Source of the DNA: Candidatus Shapirobacteria bacterium
GTDB lineage: Bacteria; Patescibacteriota; Microgenomatia; UBA12405
Direction of reading: 5' to 3'
Length of the DNA: 64,000 nucleotides
Assembly: GCA_041658125.1 (NCBI GenBank)
Contig: JBBAAS010000001.1
Location: 15,917-79,916, forward strand
The position numbers and the translations under genes are program-made. Positions within the stretch are counted from its first letter, which is position 1; each line of letters starts with the position of its first letter. Below the pieces are notes generated by a model. That model did not search any database and was not told the DNA's origin. It saw nothing but the letters and a program-made list of their open reading frames with translations. Below, piece after piece: positions 28,650 to 37,876 of the stretch.

Positions 28650-30554
28650 ATGAATTTAGGTATTTATTTAGTTCCAATTGTATTTTTTTTGAAGCTTGGT
28701 TTAGTTGCGTTGGTATTTAGCCTTCCTTTAATTATTGATAGATTAAAGAAAAATCTTTCCGTAGACTTAATCTTAGTTTATTTATTTGGTCAAGCAAATT
28801 TAATATTATCGATTTTTATATACAATAGTATTAATTATTTTTGGGATATCAGAAAAATAAGCATTGTTGTTTTTTCTATTGTAGTTTTGGTTGTGGAGTC
28901 AATACTTGTGTTTATTCTTAATAAGAAAGAGTATCTTGCCGAGAAAAAAAGGTTTGTTTTTGGAGATAATTGGAAGTGGTTTATCATCATTTTTATGATA
29001 GTTACAATTTTTTATGGATGGATAAATTCTTTATATTTTGACCGGCAAGAGAATAAAATATTTAATCCAGGGTATGGGATAAACCATGATTATATTGTTG
29101 TTTTGGGAACGTCAAAGGCGTTTTTTAAATATACTAAGGATAGTAGCCTTTTGATAAGGGATTTGTATTATCATTGTTATGAAGCGGGTTATCCGTGTGG
29201 CGGAACACATATAAGTGCTTATTTCTCAGATTTATTTAAAACAGATGTTTACCTTGTTTACCAACGGATTCTAACTTGGTTGTCTGTGTCGACAATATTT
29301 GTGATTAATTATTTTCTTGTGAAATTTTTTCGGAAGGGAAATTTACTTTCCAATATAGTATTAATTTTGGTCTCAGTTGCCAGCGTATTTAATTTTTTGT
29401 CAATGAGTTTCATAGATGCATCAGTTTTTGGTTCCACTGCAGTAATACCCTTTTTATTTTTATCCATATTTCTGACATTACAGTATATTAAAGAAAAGAA
29501 AAATATATACCTATTGCTAATTTTTATAGTTTTGGTAGACATGGTTTATATTTATACCTATTTTGGTGGTATTTATTATTTATTATTTTTGGCGACGGCT
29601 CTCATAATTTATCGGAGAAAATTTTGGGAAGGCTGGAAAATGGTGAAAATAATTGCTTTACTTTTAATAGCATTTATTTTACCTCTAAATCTGCTTCCAG
29701 CAATAAAATTTTTAACAAAACAAGTTGAGTCTCCAGTGAAGGAGGTAAGCTTGTTTAAAGGGATGAATGGTAATATGGCCGGTTTTAATAATCCGATGAC
29801 TGCTTTTTCAATATGGACATCAAACGCAGATTATAGGTTCTATGAAGCAAATTATTATAATACATGGTTGTTTTTTACATTAATGGCACCGATTATCTTT
29901 TTTTTGTTGGTCTCAGAAAAAGATAAAATTATGCTTAATAAAGAAATATTAGTGATCGCATTACCTTTTGCGATAATGATTGGAGTTGGTTTTTGGATAA
30001 CCAAGTCTTCTTATCAAAGTGGGAAGGCTTTACATTGGTGGTCTGATATCTGGCCTTTAATTTTTTATTTATTGCTTTATAAATCACTTTTAGATAAAAG
30101 GATTGTAATAAGATTATTAGTATTTTCATACTGTTTGATATTTTTTTACTACTCTTTTAAGAGTGCTGTTTTTGCTAGTTCATATTTTGGTAAACCGATT
30201 GTGAAGAGTAATTATGAACTTATGAATTTGGAGCCTGAATTATGTAAAGATGACAGTAAACTTTTATTTTTAGGTAGAGATGAGATGTCTAAATATTTTT
30301 TAGATACCTGTAAAAACATAACTTTTTATTATGACAGGTTTGATAATAATGCCGCTTTCTGGGAGATTATAGCATTAAATAAACTTATTAGTTTGGATCA
30401 GAAATGTGAAAATAATAGTTTGAGTTTAACGAAGATTGATTATAGTAGTTATAATGAAGTGTTAGTTGATAAGTGTTTTAAATTTAATAATCCATCGTAT
30501 GTAATTGAAAAAGAATATGAAAACTACAACTTATGGAAACTTAAAAGCTTATGA
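28650..30554 (+). CDS. Large polytopic membrane protein, possibly GT-C fold
   Basis: 634 aa, more than 12 hydrophobic segments, an acidic loop (NHD) after the early TMs, soluble C-terminus, very AT-rich. Confidence 0.6.
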   Translation: MNLGIYLVPIVFFLKLGLVALVFSLPLIIDRLKKNLSVDLILVYLFGQANLILSIFIYNSINYFWDIRKISIVVFSIVVLVVESILVFILNKKEYLAEKKRFVFGDNWKWFIIIFMIVTIFYGWINSLYFDRQENKIFNPGYGINHDYIVVLGTSKAFFKYTKDSSLLIRDLYYHCYEAGYPCGGTHISAYFSDLFKTDVYLVYQRILTWLSVSTIFVINYFLVKFFRKGNLLSNIVLILVSVASVFNFLSMSFIDASVFGSTAVIPFLFLSIFLTLQYIKEKKNIYLLLIFIVLVDMVYIYTYFGGIYYLLFLATALIIYRRKFWEGWKMVKIIALLLIAFILPLNLLPAIKFLTKQVESPVKEVSLFKGMNGNMAGFNNPMTAFSIWTSNADYRFYEANYYNTWLFFTLMAPIIFFLLVSEKDKIMLNKEILVIALPFAIMIGVGFWITKSSYQSGKALHWWSDIWPLIFYLLLYKSLLDKRIVIRLLVFSYCLIFFYYSFKSAVFASSYFGKPIVKSNYELMNLEPELCKDDSKLLFLGRDEMSKYFLDTCKNITFYYDRFDNNAAFWEIIALNKLISLDQKCENNSLSLTKIDYSSYNEVLVDKCFKFNNPSYVIEKEYENYNLWKLKSL

Positions 30555-31354
30555 TTTCAATACCATTTCTTTCTAAGAAAGCCAGTATTCCTTTTCCCCC
30601 TTTGGGTATGAGGGAGCTAGTTGGACCAATCAATACCAGCGATTTTGATAACCCTGAAGGGAAATTAATCTACCCTTATTTTAAAGCGAAAGATTATAAA
30701 AAAGTTTTTGATTTTGGGTGTGGTTGCGGGCGGTTGGCTAGGCAATTACTTATGCAAGAGCCTGTTCCTAATAAATATACGGGAATTGATCTCCATCTAG
30801 GGATGATCAATTGGTGTATCACTAACTTGTCACCCTGTAATAAAAATTTTAAATTTATCCATTACGATGTTTATTATAAAGCCTTTAACCCTACCGGCTC
30901 ATCAAAATTGTTACCTTTTCCGGTTGAACACAATCAATATACTCTAGCTCTTGCGCACTCTGTTTTTACTCATCTGATTGAAAAGGAAGTCGACTTTTAT
31001 TTAACAGAAATTACTAATGTCTTATGTGACCATGGGGTCTTTTTTGCCAGTTGGTTTCTTTTTGAAAAAAAATATTTTCCGATGATGCAGGAATTTCAAA
31101 ATTCTCTTTATATTAACCTAGATGATCCTACTAACGCTGTTATTTATGACAAAAATTGGCTTTTAGATATCTATTCTAAACACGGTTTATCTATCGAGAT
31201 TATTAAACCTCCCGGTGCTCGAGGTTTCCAATGGGTTGTTGTTGCCCGTAAGATTAATAGAAAACACCAGACGATTTTCCCTCAAGACGATGCCCCTATC
31301 GGTATAGTCCGAGCGTCATTACTTAAAAAAGAACCCTACAAAATTGGTTTATAG
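30551..31354 (+). CDS. Class I SAM-dependent methyltransferase
   Basis: VFDFGCGCGRLA, YTGID, HSVFTHL. Confidence 0.9.
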   Translation: MISIPFLSKKASIPFPPLGMRELVGPINTSDFDNPEGKLIYPYFKAKDYKKVFDFGCGCGRLARQLLMQEPVPNKYTGIDLHLGMINWCITNLSPCNKNFKFIHYDVYYKAFNPTGSSKLLPFPVEHNQYTLALAHSVFTHLIEKEVDFYLTEITNVLCDHGVFFASWFLFEKKYFPMMQEFQNSLYINLDDPTNAVIYDKNWLLDIYSKHGLSIEIIKPPGARGFQWVVVARKINRKHQTIFPQDDAPIGIVRASLLKKEPYKIGL

Positions 31355-31390
31355 AGAATATTTTTATCGGTTCCTTAATAAATCCATTTA

Positions 31391-34120
31391 TCAGAAAAGT
31401 TTGTTGATAATATCAAGCCGTTGTTTGATAAGGTTGCCAATTCTTTCTGGGGAGAAATAAGCAGTAACTTCTTCTTTACTTCGTTTGAGAATAGTATTTA
31501 GTTCGGGAGTAGGAAGGTGATAAATTTTATCCATTAGGAAAGAAGCGTGATCTACGTCCGGATCAGCCCAGGTGGTTCCAGCGGGATATGGTCCAATGTC
31601 TTTAGTGAGTATGTATGGAACATGATTAACAAGAAATGTATTTGAATTAGTTTCAAAATCGGTATTACCACTAAAATTAGTAACAATAACAGGTTTACCC
31701 ATCATGTGGGCGTTGATTAAAGGAATTCCCAATCCTTCGGCTCGATGTAAACTGATATAACAATCACAACTTTTCATAAGTGAAATCATTTCTTTTGAGG
31801 AGATATAACTGTCAATTAAGTGAATTTGACTATTATCACCAATTTCATTTTTAATTTTGTTAAATATTTCGCTGGTCGCCAACTTCGTTGTTTTAATTAG
31901 TAATTGGGTGTGTTTATTATTTACGGAAAATTGTTTGAAAGCTTTAATAAGAGCAAAAGGATTTTTTCTTTGCCAAAACGAAGCGGAGTCAAAAATGTTT
32001 AAAAAAATAAAGTCCTGGGGGGAAGTTTTTATTTTATATTTGGCAAAGTCGAATCTGGGGATAGTTGAAGTTAACGGAAGGGTAAATGAAGGTGGTATAC
32101 AGATAACCGGTTTAGGAGATTTTAGACTTATGGCTTTTTGGACGTATGACGTGGCTGTCCAGATTTCATTTACTGGTTCAAAGTTGGGAGAGTAAAGGTC
32201 GGGAAAGATATCTGATTCCCAGTACCAATAGCCTATATTGTATTTAAATTTAATATATTTAGTATGGAGTTGATTCTCGACAACGGATTTTATTTGATCA
32301 GCATTTACACAAATAAGATTTATGGGATGGTTTGATTTGTTGGTAAATTGGTTTTTTAAAGTCTTATTATCTCTTCTAAGCCATGGTTGTTCAATATTAT
32401 TGAGATTTATGGGTATTTGGGACGATTCAAGAGCTTTTATGATGCCTCTGGCTGATTCCCCTACTCCGCTTTCGGTATCTAAATAACCTGAAATGTTACA
32501 ACCAAGATTGCTGACCAGAGGAAATTGTTTTGAAGGCTTGTTGTTTTTGTAAAGTGAACGAAAAATTTTAGTTTTGGAGAGATACTTATCTAAATAAAGA
32601 AACTTAAGAGAAAGAGTAGCTAAGTATAAATAGTAAGGTAGTATAGGGTTAAATAATAATTTACCGTGCTTGTAGTAAAATTCTTGACTTTTAAAAAGTC
32701 TGATGAGTAATAGATTACGAGAAGCATTGTAATTATTTAAATCTTTTAGGTTTTTATTATAACCGTTGGTATCGGGATTGCGATGGAGAATAATTTTGTA
32801 ACTATTAACAACAAAGTCCGAATTGTTTTTATTCCTTTTATCGGCTTCAAGGGCAAAAATAGTTTGGATGGTCGGGATGGGAATATTTTTATTAAAAAAA
32901 GTCTTAAGCGGACCATTATGAAGTTTATTTTGGTTGTTAATAAAATTCTCCGGTGTATTATAAATTGATTTACCATAACTTAGCGACCAATTTATATAGG
33001 AGTTTAGAAGTTGAAGATTATAAGGTTGTTCCAAAGGGAACTCTTTATGGATTTCGCTAATGGATTCATTTAATAATAAAAAGTAATTGAGTACTTTTGT
33101 ATTATCGGGAACAAGGACAATTTTGGAAAGGCAAGCAAAAAATGAATTTTTTGATTTCGTATCAAAAAGGCTAGAAAATTTATCGTTCCCTGTTGAAATA
33201 ATATGGCGATAAATATCTTTTATTTGAGAGGTAATTTCGACACCATTATCAAAACATTGATAGGGGTAATGGTAGTTTTTTATTTCCGGATGAAGATTAT
33301 TATAGTATGTAATTTGTTTGGCATAGTCCTGGAAAAGTTTATTATAAGGGCCAATATTATCCAAAGTAAAACGGTCTTGGTGTTTAGATAAAATACTTTT
33401 TTCGGGAACAAAACCGCTGAAGTGAAAGAAATAAATATCATTCGGTGAAATTGTTCTGATATATTCATGAAGGTTCCAATAGGCAGTGTCGTATCCTTTA
33501 TCCCTCAAAATATAAGTGTTAAGGAAACTTGGAGCAAAATCCATCCATTTTTGGTCGGTAAACATAAAATTATCGATATCGGAATAGGCATAGTTTTTTA
33601 GTTTATCGGCCCACCACTTTAGGAAAGTAGAAACACTAGTAGAGTTTCTAAAAGCGGCAAATCCGAGATTGTAATAGCCACAACCCATGAAGTCCCATTC
33701 ATTTGGTCTTTTTTTGTCGTTAGTAGGTTTTGTTCGATGGGGAATAATTACACATTCATGATTGTCTAGCTCTTCTAAAATTTTATCGATCTTCTTATAG
33801 AAGCAAATATCCGGATCAATGTATAAAACTTTTTGAGCATCATATTTTTTAAACAACCAACTAAATATGAAGGGTTTAACCGCAGTGGCTAGTTCCATGA
33901 GGCTATATTTAAAACACAGTTCTTTGAAATCACTTATGTTGTCGACTTTAGAGATTGGTACAGCTTGATAATTAGGTGATGTTATACAGTCGTCATCAAT
34001 AAAAAAAACTAAAAATTTGTGATCCGGATGGTATTTTTTATAGCTTTTTGCCAATATTTCGGCTTGAGGATAATAATTCCTGGCGATGATGGTAAAAGCT
34101 AATATTTTTGATTTGTTCAT
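31391..34120 (-). CDS. Multidomain glycosyltransferase: N-terminal GT-A domain, DUF4214-like linker, C-terminal GT4
   Basis: ELATAVKP...YIDPDI...DQKW (GT-A), FVVNSYKIILHRNPDTNG (DUF4214-like), GVGESAR...GYWYWE...RKNP...LHRAEGLGIPL (GT4). Confidence 0.85.
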   Translation of the reverse strand: MNKSKILAFTIIARNYYPQAEILAKSYKKYHPDHKFLVFFIDDDCITSPNYQAVPISKVDNISDFKELCFKYSLMELATAVKPFIFSWLFKKYDAQKVLYIDPDICFYKKIDKILEELDNHECVIIPHRTKPTNDKKRPNEWDFMGCGYYNLGFAAFRNSTSVSTFLKWWADKLKNYAYSDIDNFMFTDQKWMDFAPSFLNTYILRDKGYDTAYWNLHEYIRTISPNDIYFFHFSGFVPEKSILSKHQDRFTLDNIGPYNKLFQDYAKQITYYNNLHPEIKNYHYPYQCFDNGVEITSQIKDIYRHIISTGNDKFSSLFDTKSKNSFFACLSKIVLVPDNTKVLNYFLLLNESISEIHKEFPLEQPYNLQLLNSYINWSLSYGKSIYNTPENFINNQNKLHNGPLKTFFNKNIPIPTIQTIFALEADKRNKNNSDFVVNSYKIILHRNPDTNGYNKNLKDLNNYNASRNLLLIRLFKSQEFYYKHGKLLFNPILPYYLYLATLSLKFLYLDKYLSKTKIFRSLYKNNKPSKQFPLVSNLGCNISGYLDTESGVGESARGIIKALESSQIPINLNNIEQPWLRRDNKTLKNQFTNKSNHPINLICVNADQIKSVVENQLHTKYIKFKYNIGYWYWESDIFPDLYSPNFEPVNEIWTATSYVQKAISLKSPKPVICIPPSFTLPLTSTIPRFDFAKYKIKTSPQDFIFLNIFDSASFWQRKNPFALIKAFKQFSVNNKHTQLLIKTTKLATSEIFNKIKNEIGDNSQIHLIDSYISSKEMISLMKSCDCYISLHRAEGLGIPLINAHMMGKPVIVTNFSGNTDFETNSNTFLVNHVPYILTKDIGPYPAGTTWADPDVDHASFLMDKIYHLPTPELNTILKRSKEEVTAYFSPERIGNLIKQRLDIINKLF

Positions 34121-35139
34121 TTTTTATTTTTCACTTCTTCGTTTATGAGAGGAGTTGAAATAATTGGGATGGGTAAAGGGTTTTTGCTTATTAATTCGGA
34201 ATGTGCTTGGGAAAGTATATGGAATTCTTTTTGAGTCTTTTTAAGTTCATTTTCAATTAAAGAGTATTGACCGGAAAAAGTTTGATGTAGCTGTTTTTCT
34301 TTTTTTTGAAATTCTAAAGACAGTTGATGATATTGGTCGGAAAATGTCTGATGTAGCTGTTTTTCTTTTTTTTGAAATTCTAAAAATTGTTGATGGTATT
34401 GATAGAGTATGAAGTTATCGCAAACATTGGCTGGTTTATCAAGATACTTTTTAAGACTTTTATATTTAATGTCTAGGTAAAATAGATTAAGACCATCATC
34501 AAGAACTTTAAGATAGTTGTTTCTTGACATAAGTAAATGGCATTTTTGTGGGTGGTTTGTTTCTATTATAATTACTTTTGGCCTGTATTTTAGCCAATTG
34601 TTACTTTTTAATACTTGTTCTTCCAAACCTTCAACATCAACTTTTAAAAAGTCAATTACCTTTGGGAGTGTTAAATGGTCTAAAATATTTTCCAAAGTAT
34701 CGATTTTTACTTTGATATTTTTAAATTTGACTCCATGGGATTTGTGTTTTAAATATAATTGATGCGAAAATGTTGACCACTCTTTTACTGTCAGACAATT
34801 GTAGAAGATTGAAGTTTTTGGTTTTTGACCAATTCCTATATTTAAATTAATATCGTCTTTTCGGACATTGTTAAGTTTTTGAAAAAAAACGGGATTGGGT
34901 TCGATATTAATTCCTTTCCAACCTCTCTGGTGAAAGAGGTGGGTGACTGAATTAATTACTGGATCAGCAGCTCCGATATCGATAAAAAAACCGGAACTGT
35001 TTTGGAAAAAAGCCCGATTGAGAACTATATCTTCGCCATTTTGAGCGTAAGAAATTATCTGTTTTGTTGATCGATTAAAATTATGAAGGTATTCATCATC
35101 TTGATTTTTATTTATATTACGGGGATATTTTGAAGACAT
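34117..35139 (-). CDS. FkbM-family methyltransferase with C-terminal coiled coil
   Basis: SYAQNGED, FIDIGAADP, GINIEP, FLKVDVEG.E, then a Q/E/K/L-rich helical tail. Confidence 0.9.
   Translation of the reverse strand: MSSKYPRNINKNQDDEYLHNFNRSTKQIISYAQNGEDIVLNRAFFQNSSGFFIDIGAADPVINSVTHLFHQRGWKGINIEPNPVFFQKLNNVRKDDINLNIGIGQKPKTSIFYNCLTVKEWSTFSHQLYLKHKSHGVKFKNIKVKIDTLENILDHLTLPKVIDFLKVDVEGLEEQVLKSNNWLKYRPKVIIIETNHPQKCHLLMSRNNYLKVLDDGLNLFYLDIKYKSLKKYLDKPANVCDNFILYQYHQQFLEFQKKEKQLHQTFSDQYHQLSLEFQKKEKQLHQTFSGQYSLIENELKKTQKEFHILSQAHSELISKNPLPIPIISTPLINEEVKNKK
34265..34402. repeat. 66-bp (22-aa) tandem duplication in the FkbM coiled coil
   Basis: Units start at 34265 and 34331, with a partial third at 34397. 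Protein: QYHQQFLEFQKKEKQLHQTFSD / QYHQLSLEFQKKEKQLHQTFSG. Confidence 0.92.
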
Positions 35140-35143
35140 AAAA

Positions 35144-36313
35144 TTATTTTATTAAAAGATTTAATTGAGAAGAAAACGTATCATAATTGATGGAACTGAA
35201 GATAGTATACTGTTTGAGTATGTTTTTTACAAAGAATTTTTTAAATAGATGTTGATCAATTTGTTTGTCAAACGAAGGGATAGTGGGTGAAAGGTCATAA
35301 AATGCGGAGGATTGGTTGACAATGATGGGGGTACCGTAGTAAATTGCTTCAAAGTTAACGATTCCCAAACTTTCTTCAATTGAAGGGTTAATAAAGATAT
35401 CGATTTGGGAATAAATTTTGGCTTTATCGGATTCGGGGAAATTATAAATAATTTTTAGTTTGTTGGATTTTAAATAGGATTCGAAGTATTTTTCAATTTC
35501 GGACGAACTGCTGGTTTTGGCGCCAGCAAAAAGAACTTGGTAGCCGGCATCGAGAAGATCTTTAAAGATATAAAGATTTTTTCTCGGGCAAATTTGGCCG
35601 ACATAACCGATAATGGGTTTAGAAAAATTATATTTTCTTTTGGTGTTTATTTTGGCTTGTTTTTGTACTTGGTTAATGGTAAACGGACAATAGGTATTGA
35701 TTATAGTTTTTGACTCTATTATTTGATAATTTTTTATAATTTGTTGTTTTTCGAAATTTGTCAGAAAAATAATTTTGGAGGCATAGTCAAAAGCTTTTTG
35801 AAAAAAGGGAGAGTGATTGTAGTAAGAAACGTTGTGATAGGCAGGCAGAACAATGAGAGGTTTTTGATATTTTTTGGCAAAAACGTAGGCGTCGTAGATG
35901 GACTTGGTAGGCATACCAAAACCCATGATGATGTCTGATTTTTTGATAATGTCGATATCTTGTGGGGTATATTGAAGTATCGGGCCGAAAAAGAATGGAG
36001 AGAAAATACCGAACTTGGTGACAAAACGGTGAAGAAATTTGTTAGCAAACCTTTGGGTTTGACGGTGAAGCGAAAGACGATGGATGTGTGAGAGCTTTAG
36101 CGCGTTGGGGCCGGAGCGCGTTTCGGTGTTGGAGTCAATATAGTTGGAGAAAGTTTTGTAGCTATCCAAAGTTAAACCTTGGCCGGTGAAAACATGAACG
36201 GTAAATTTTTGATCAAGAATTTTTTTGATTTCACCGACGAGATATTCGACACCGCCTTTGGCCGGGGGAAAACAATGGACAAAAATGGAGATAACGGGCT
36301 TAGGGGTGGTCAT
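35144..36313 (-). CDS. GT4 glycosyltransferase
   Basis: Start at ATG 36313. FPPAKGGVE, YVGQICPRKN, PSIEESLGIVNFEA. Confidence 0.88.
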   Translation of the reverse strand: MTTPKPVISIFVHCFPPAKGGVEYLVGEIKKILDQKFTVHVFTGQGLTLDSYKTFSNYIDSNTETRSGPNALKLSHIHRLSLHRQTQRFANKFLHRFVTKFGIFSPFFFGPILQYTPQDIDIIKKSDIIMGFGMPTKSIYDAYVFAKKYQKPLIVLPAYHNVSYYNHSPFFQKAFDYASKIIFLTNFEKQQIIKNYQIIESKTIINTYCPFTINQVQKQAKINTKRKYNFSKPIIGYVGQICPRKNLYIFKDLLDAGYQVLFAGAKTSSSSEIEKYFESYLKSNKLKIIYNFPESDKAKIYSQIDIFINPSIEESLGIVNFEAIYYGTPIIVNQSSAFYDLSPTIPSFDKQIDQHLFKKFFVKNILKQYTIFSSINYDTFSSQLNLLIK

Positions 36314-37031
36314 TAAGATATTGCTGACAGATTTCTTTTGACGGGCCAAAATTAATTAAGTTTGAATGTTTCAGATAAATAGCCCTAGGGCAGAATAACT
36401 CAACTTGGGGCATGGAGTGGGAAACAAAAAGAATAGTGACGCCAGATTTTTTAAATTCTTCCATTTTGGTAAAACATTTGGCTTGAAATTCGGTGTCGCC
36501 GACGGCCAGGATTTCGTCAACAATAAGAATTTCCGGATCGACGTGGACAGCGATGCTAAAAGCCAAACGCATATACATGCCGGAAGAGTAATGCTTGATA
36601 GGCTGATCGATAAACTCCTGTAATTCGGAAAAATCGACAATACTTTTAAAATATTGTTCAATTTGTTTACGTTTTAAGCCTAATATGGCGCCATTGAGAA
36701 AAATATTCTCCCGGCCGGTGAGTTCGGGGTGCATGCCGGCGCCAAGTTCAATGAGGGGGGATACTTTACCGCTGACAGTGACTTTGCCTTTGGTGGGTGA
36801 CATAACGCCGGCAATAAGCTTAAGAATAGTAGATTTGCCGGAACCATTGGGGCCGATGATACCGATAGTCTCTCCCCTATCGATGGTGAAGTTAATGTCG
36901 TTAAGAGCGGTGAATTTTTGACGGGTTTGCTCGCCGCGAATCAGAGCCGGGATAAATTCCTTGAAGGTTTTTTGACTTTGAAGGTCAAAATCTTTGGTGA
37001 CATGGGAAAATTTAATAATAGGTTCGTTCAT
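36300..37031 (-). CDS. wzt: Polysaccharide ABC exporter ATP-binding subunit, without a C-terminal carbohydrate-binding domain
   Basis: GPNGSGKST, ELTGREN, YSSGMYMRLAF, DEILAVGD, VSH. Ends at 243 aa. Confidence 0.93.
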   Translation of the reverse strand: MNEPIIKFSHVTKDFDLQSQKTFKEFIPALIRGEQTRQKFTALNDINFTIDRGETIGIIGPNGSGKSTILKLIAGVMSPTKGKVTVSGKVSPLIELGAGMHPELTGRENIFLNGAILGLKRKQIEQYFKSIVDFSELQEFIDQPIKHYSSGMYMRLAFSIAVHVDPEILIVDEILAVGDTEFQAKCFTKMEEFKKSGVTILFVSHSMPQVELFCPRAIYLKHSNLINFGPSKEICQQYLNDHP

Positions 37032-37033
37032 AG

Positions 37034-37834
37034 TTAAATGTTGTCGGCGAAGATTTTTTCGCGGGATTTAAAATAGGCAAGACCGACTAAAAGGGTGGCA
37101 AAAGAAAGTAGAAGGGCAATCAGAAGGCTACTATATTTAGGCTCCCCTCCCCCGAGGATAACTTGACGGTAGGCGTTGACAATAACGGCGATGGGATTTA
37201 GCTGAAATAATATACGAAAACGGTCGGGGACAATGTCAGCGGGATAGATAATGGGCGTAAGATACATCCAGAGCGTCAGGATTAGCCCCAGGAGATATTG
37301 AATGTCGCGGTAGAGGAGATTGGCGGCGGCGAAGAACAGAGAAAGGCCGAGAGTAAAAATTTGTTGAATAAAAAAGATGGGAATAACCCAAAGAATATTA
37401 AGGGTAATGGGGATTTGATAAATGATCAGATAGACAATGAGGATAGAGGTGGCAAAGAAAAAATCGATTATTTTGGCGATAATAGTGGAGATTACCAAAA
37501 TGGTGCGGGGAAAATAAATTTTGGTAATAAGAGACGACGAGCCAACAAGCGAATTGCAGGCGGAACCAAGCGAATTGCTAAAAAGAGTCCAAGGCAAAAG
37601 AGCGGTGAAAAGAAAAATGGAATATGGAATATTGGAAGCAGAATTGGTGGGGATACGGAGAATCAGGGAAAAGGCAAAACTCATAACTAACATTTGGGCA
37701 AGTGGACTAAGAATAACCCAAAAATAGCCTAAAATTGATTGTTTGTAGCGGGCCTTGATCTCACGACTGGTCATTTGCCAAAGGAGTTCCCGATGGGCAA
37801 TGATGGCTTTGATTTCTGAAATAAGCAGGAGCAT
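37034..37834 (-). CDS. wzm: Polysaccharide ABC exporter permease
   Basis: REIKARYKQSILGYFW, LITKIYFPR, YRDI, TPIIYP, NP motifs. Confidence 0.93.
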   Translation of the reverse strand: MLLLISEIKAIIAHRELLWQMTSREIKARYKQSILGYFWVILSPLAQMLVMSFAFSLILRIPTNSASNIPYSIFLFTALLPWTLFSNSLGSACNSLVGSSSLITKIYFPRTILVISTIIAKIIDFFFATSILIVYLIIYQIPITLNILWVIPIFFIQQIFTLGLSLFFAAANLLYRDIQYLLGLILTLWMYLTPIIYPADIVPDRFRILFQLNPIAVIVNAYRQVILGGGEPKYSSLLIALLLSFATLLVGLAYFKSREKIFADNI

Positions 37835-37876
37835 AAGTGATTATATACTGATTATCTTTTTGCTAAAATGATGAAT
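37835..37876. promoter_or_regulatory. Back-to-back -10 boxes, candidate leaderless divergent promoters
   Basis: Minus strand TATAAT 37845-37840 lies 5 nt before wzm ATG 37834. Plus strand TGC-TAAAAT 37861-37869 lies 7 nt before in-frame ATG 37877. Confidence 0.55.

Noticed and set aside
31355-31390. Intrinsic terminators at convergent junctions (also 40327-40333 and 20026-20034)
   Set aside because: No convincing GC hairpin with a U tract.
34265-34402. 66-bp periodicity as a CRISPR array
   Set aside because: It is a whole-unit in-frame tandem duplication with no unique spacers and no cas genes.
37298-37727. 130-aa and 68-aa plus-strand ORFs, and similar antisense or alternate-frame ORFs throughout
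   Set aside because: They lie fully inside well-supported genes such as wzm and show no motifs. Biased codon usage readily leaves such frames open.
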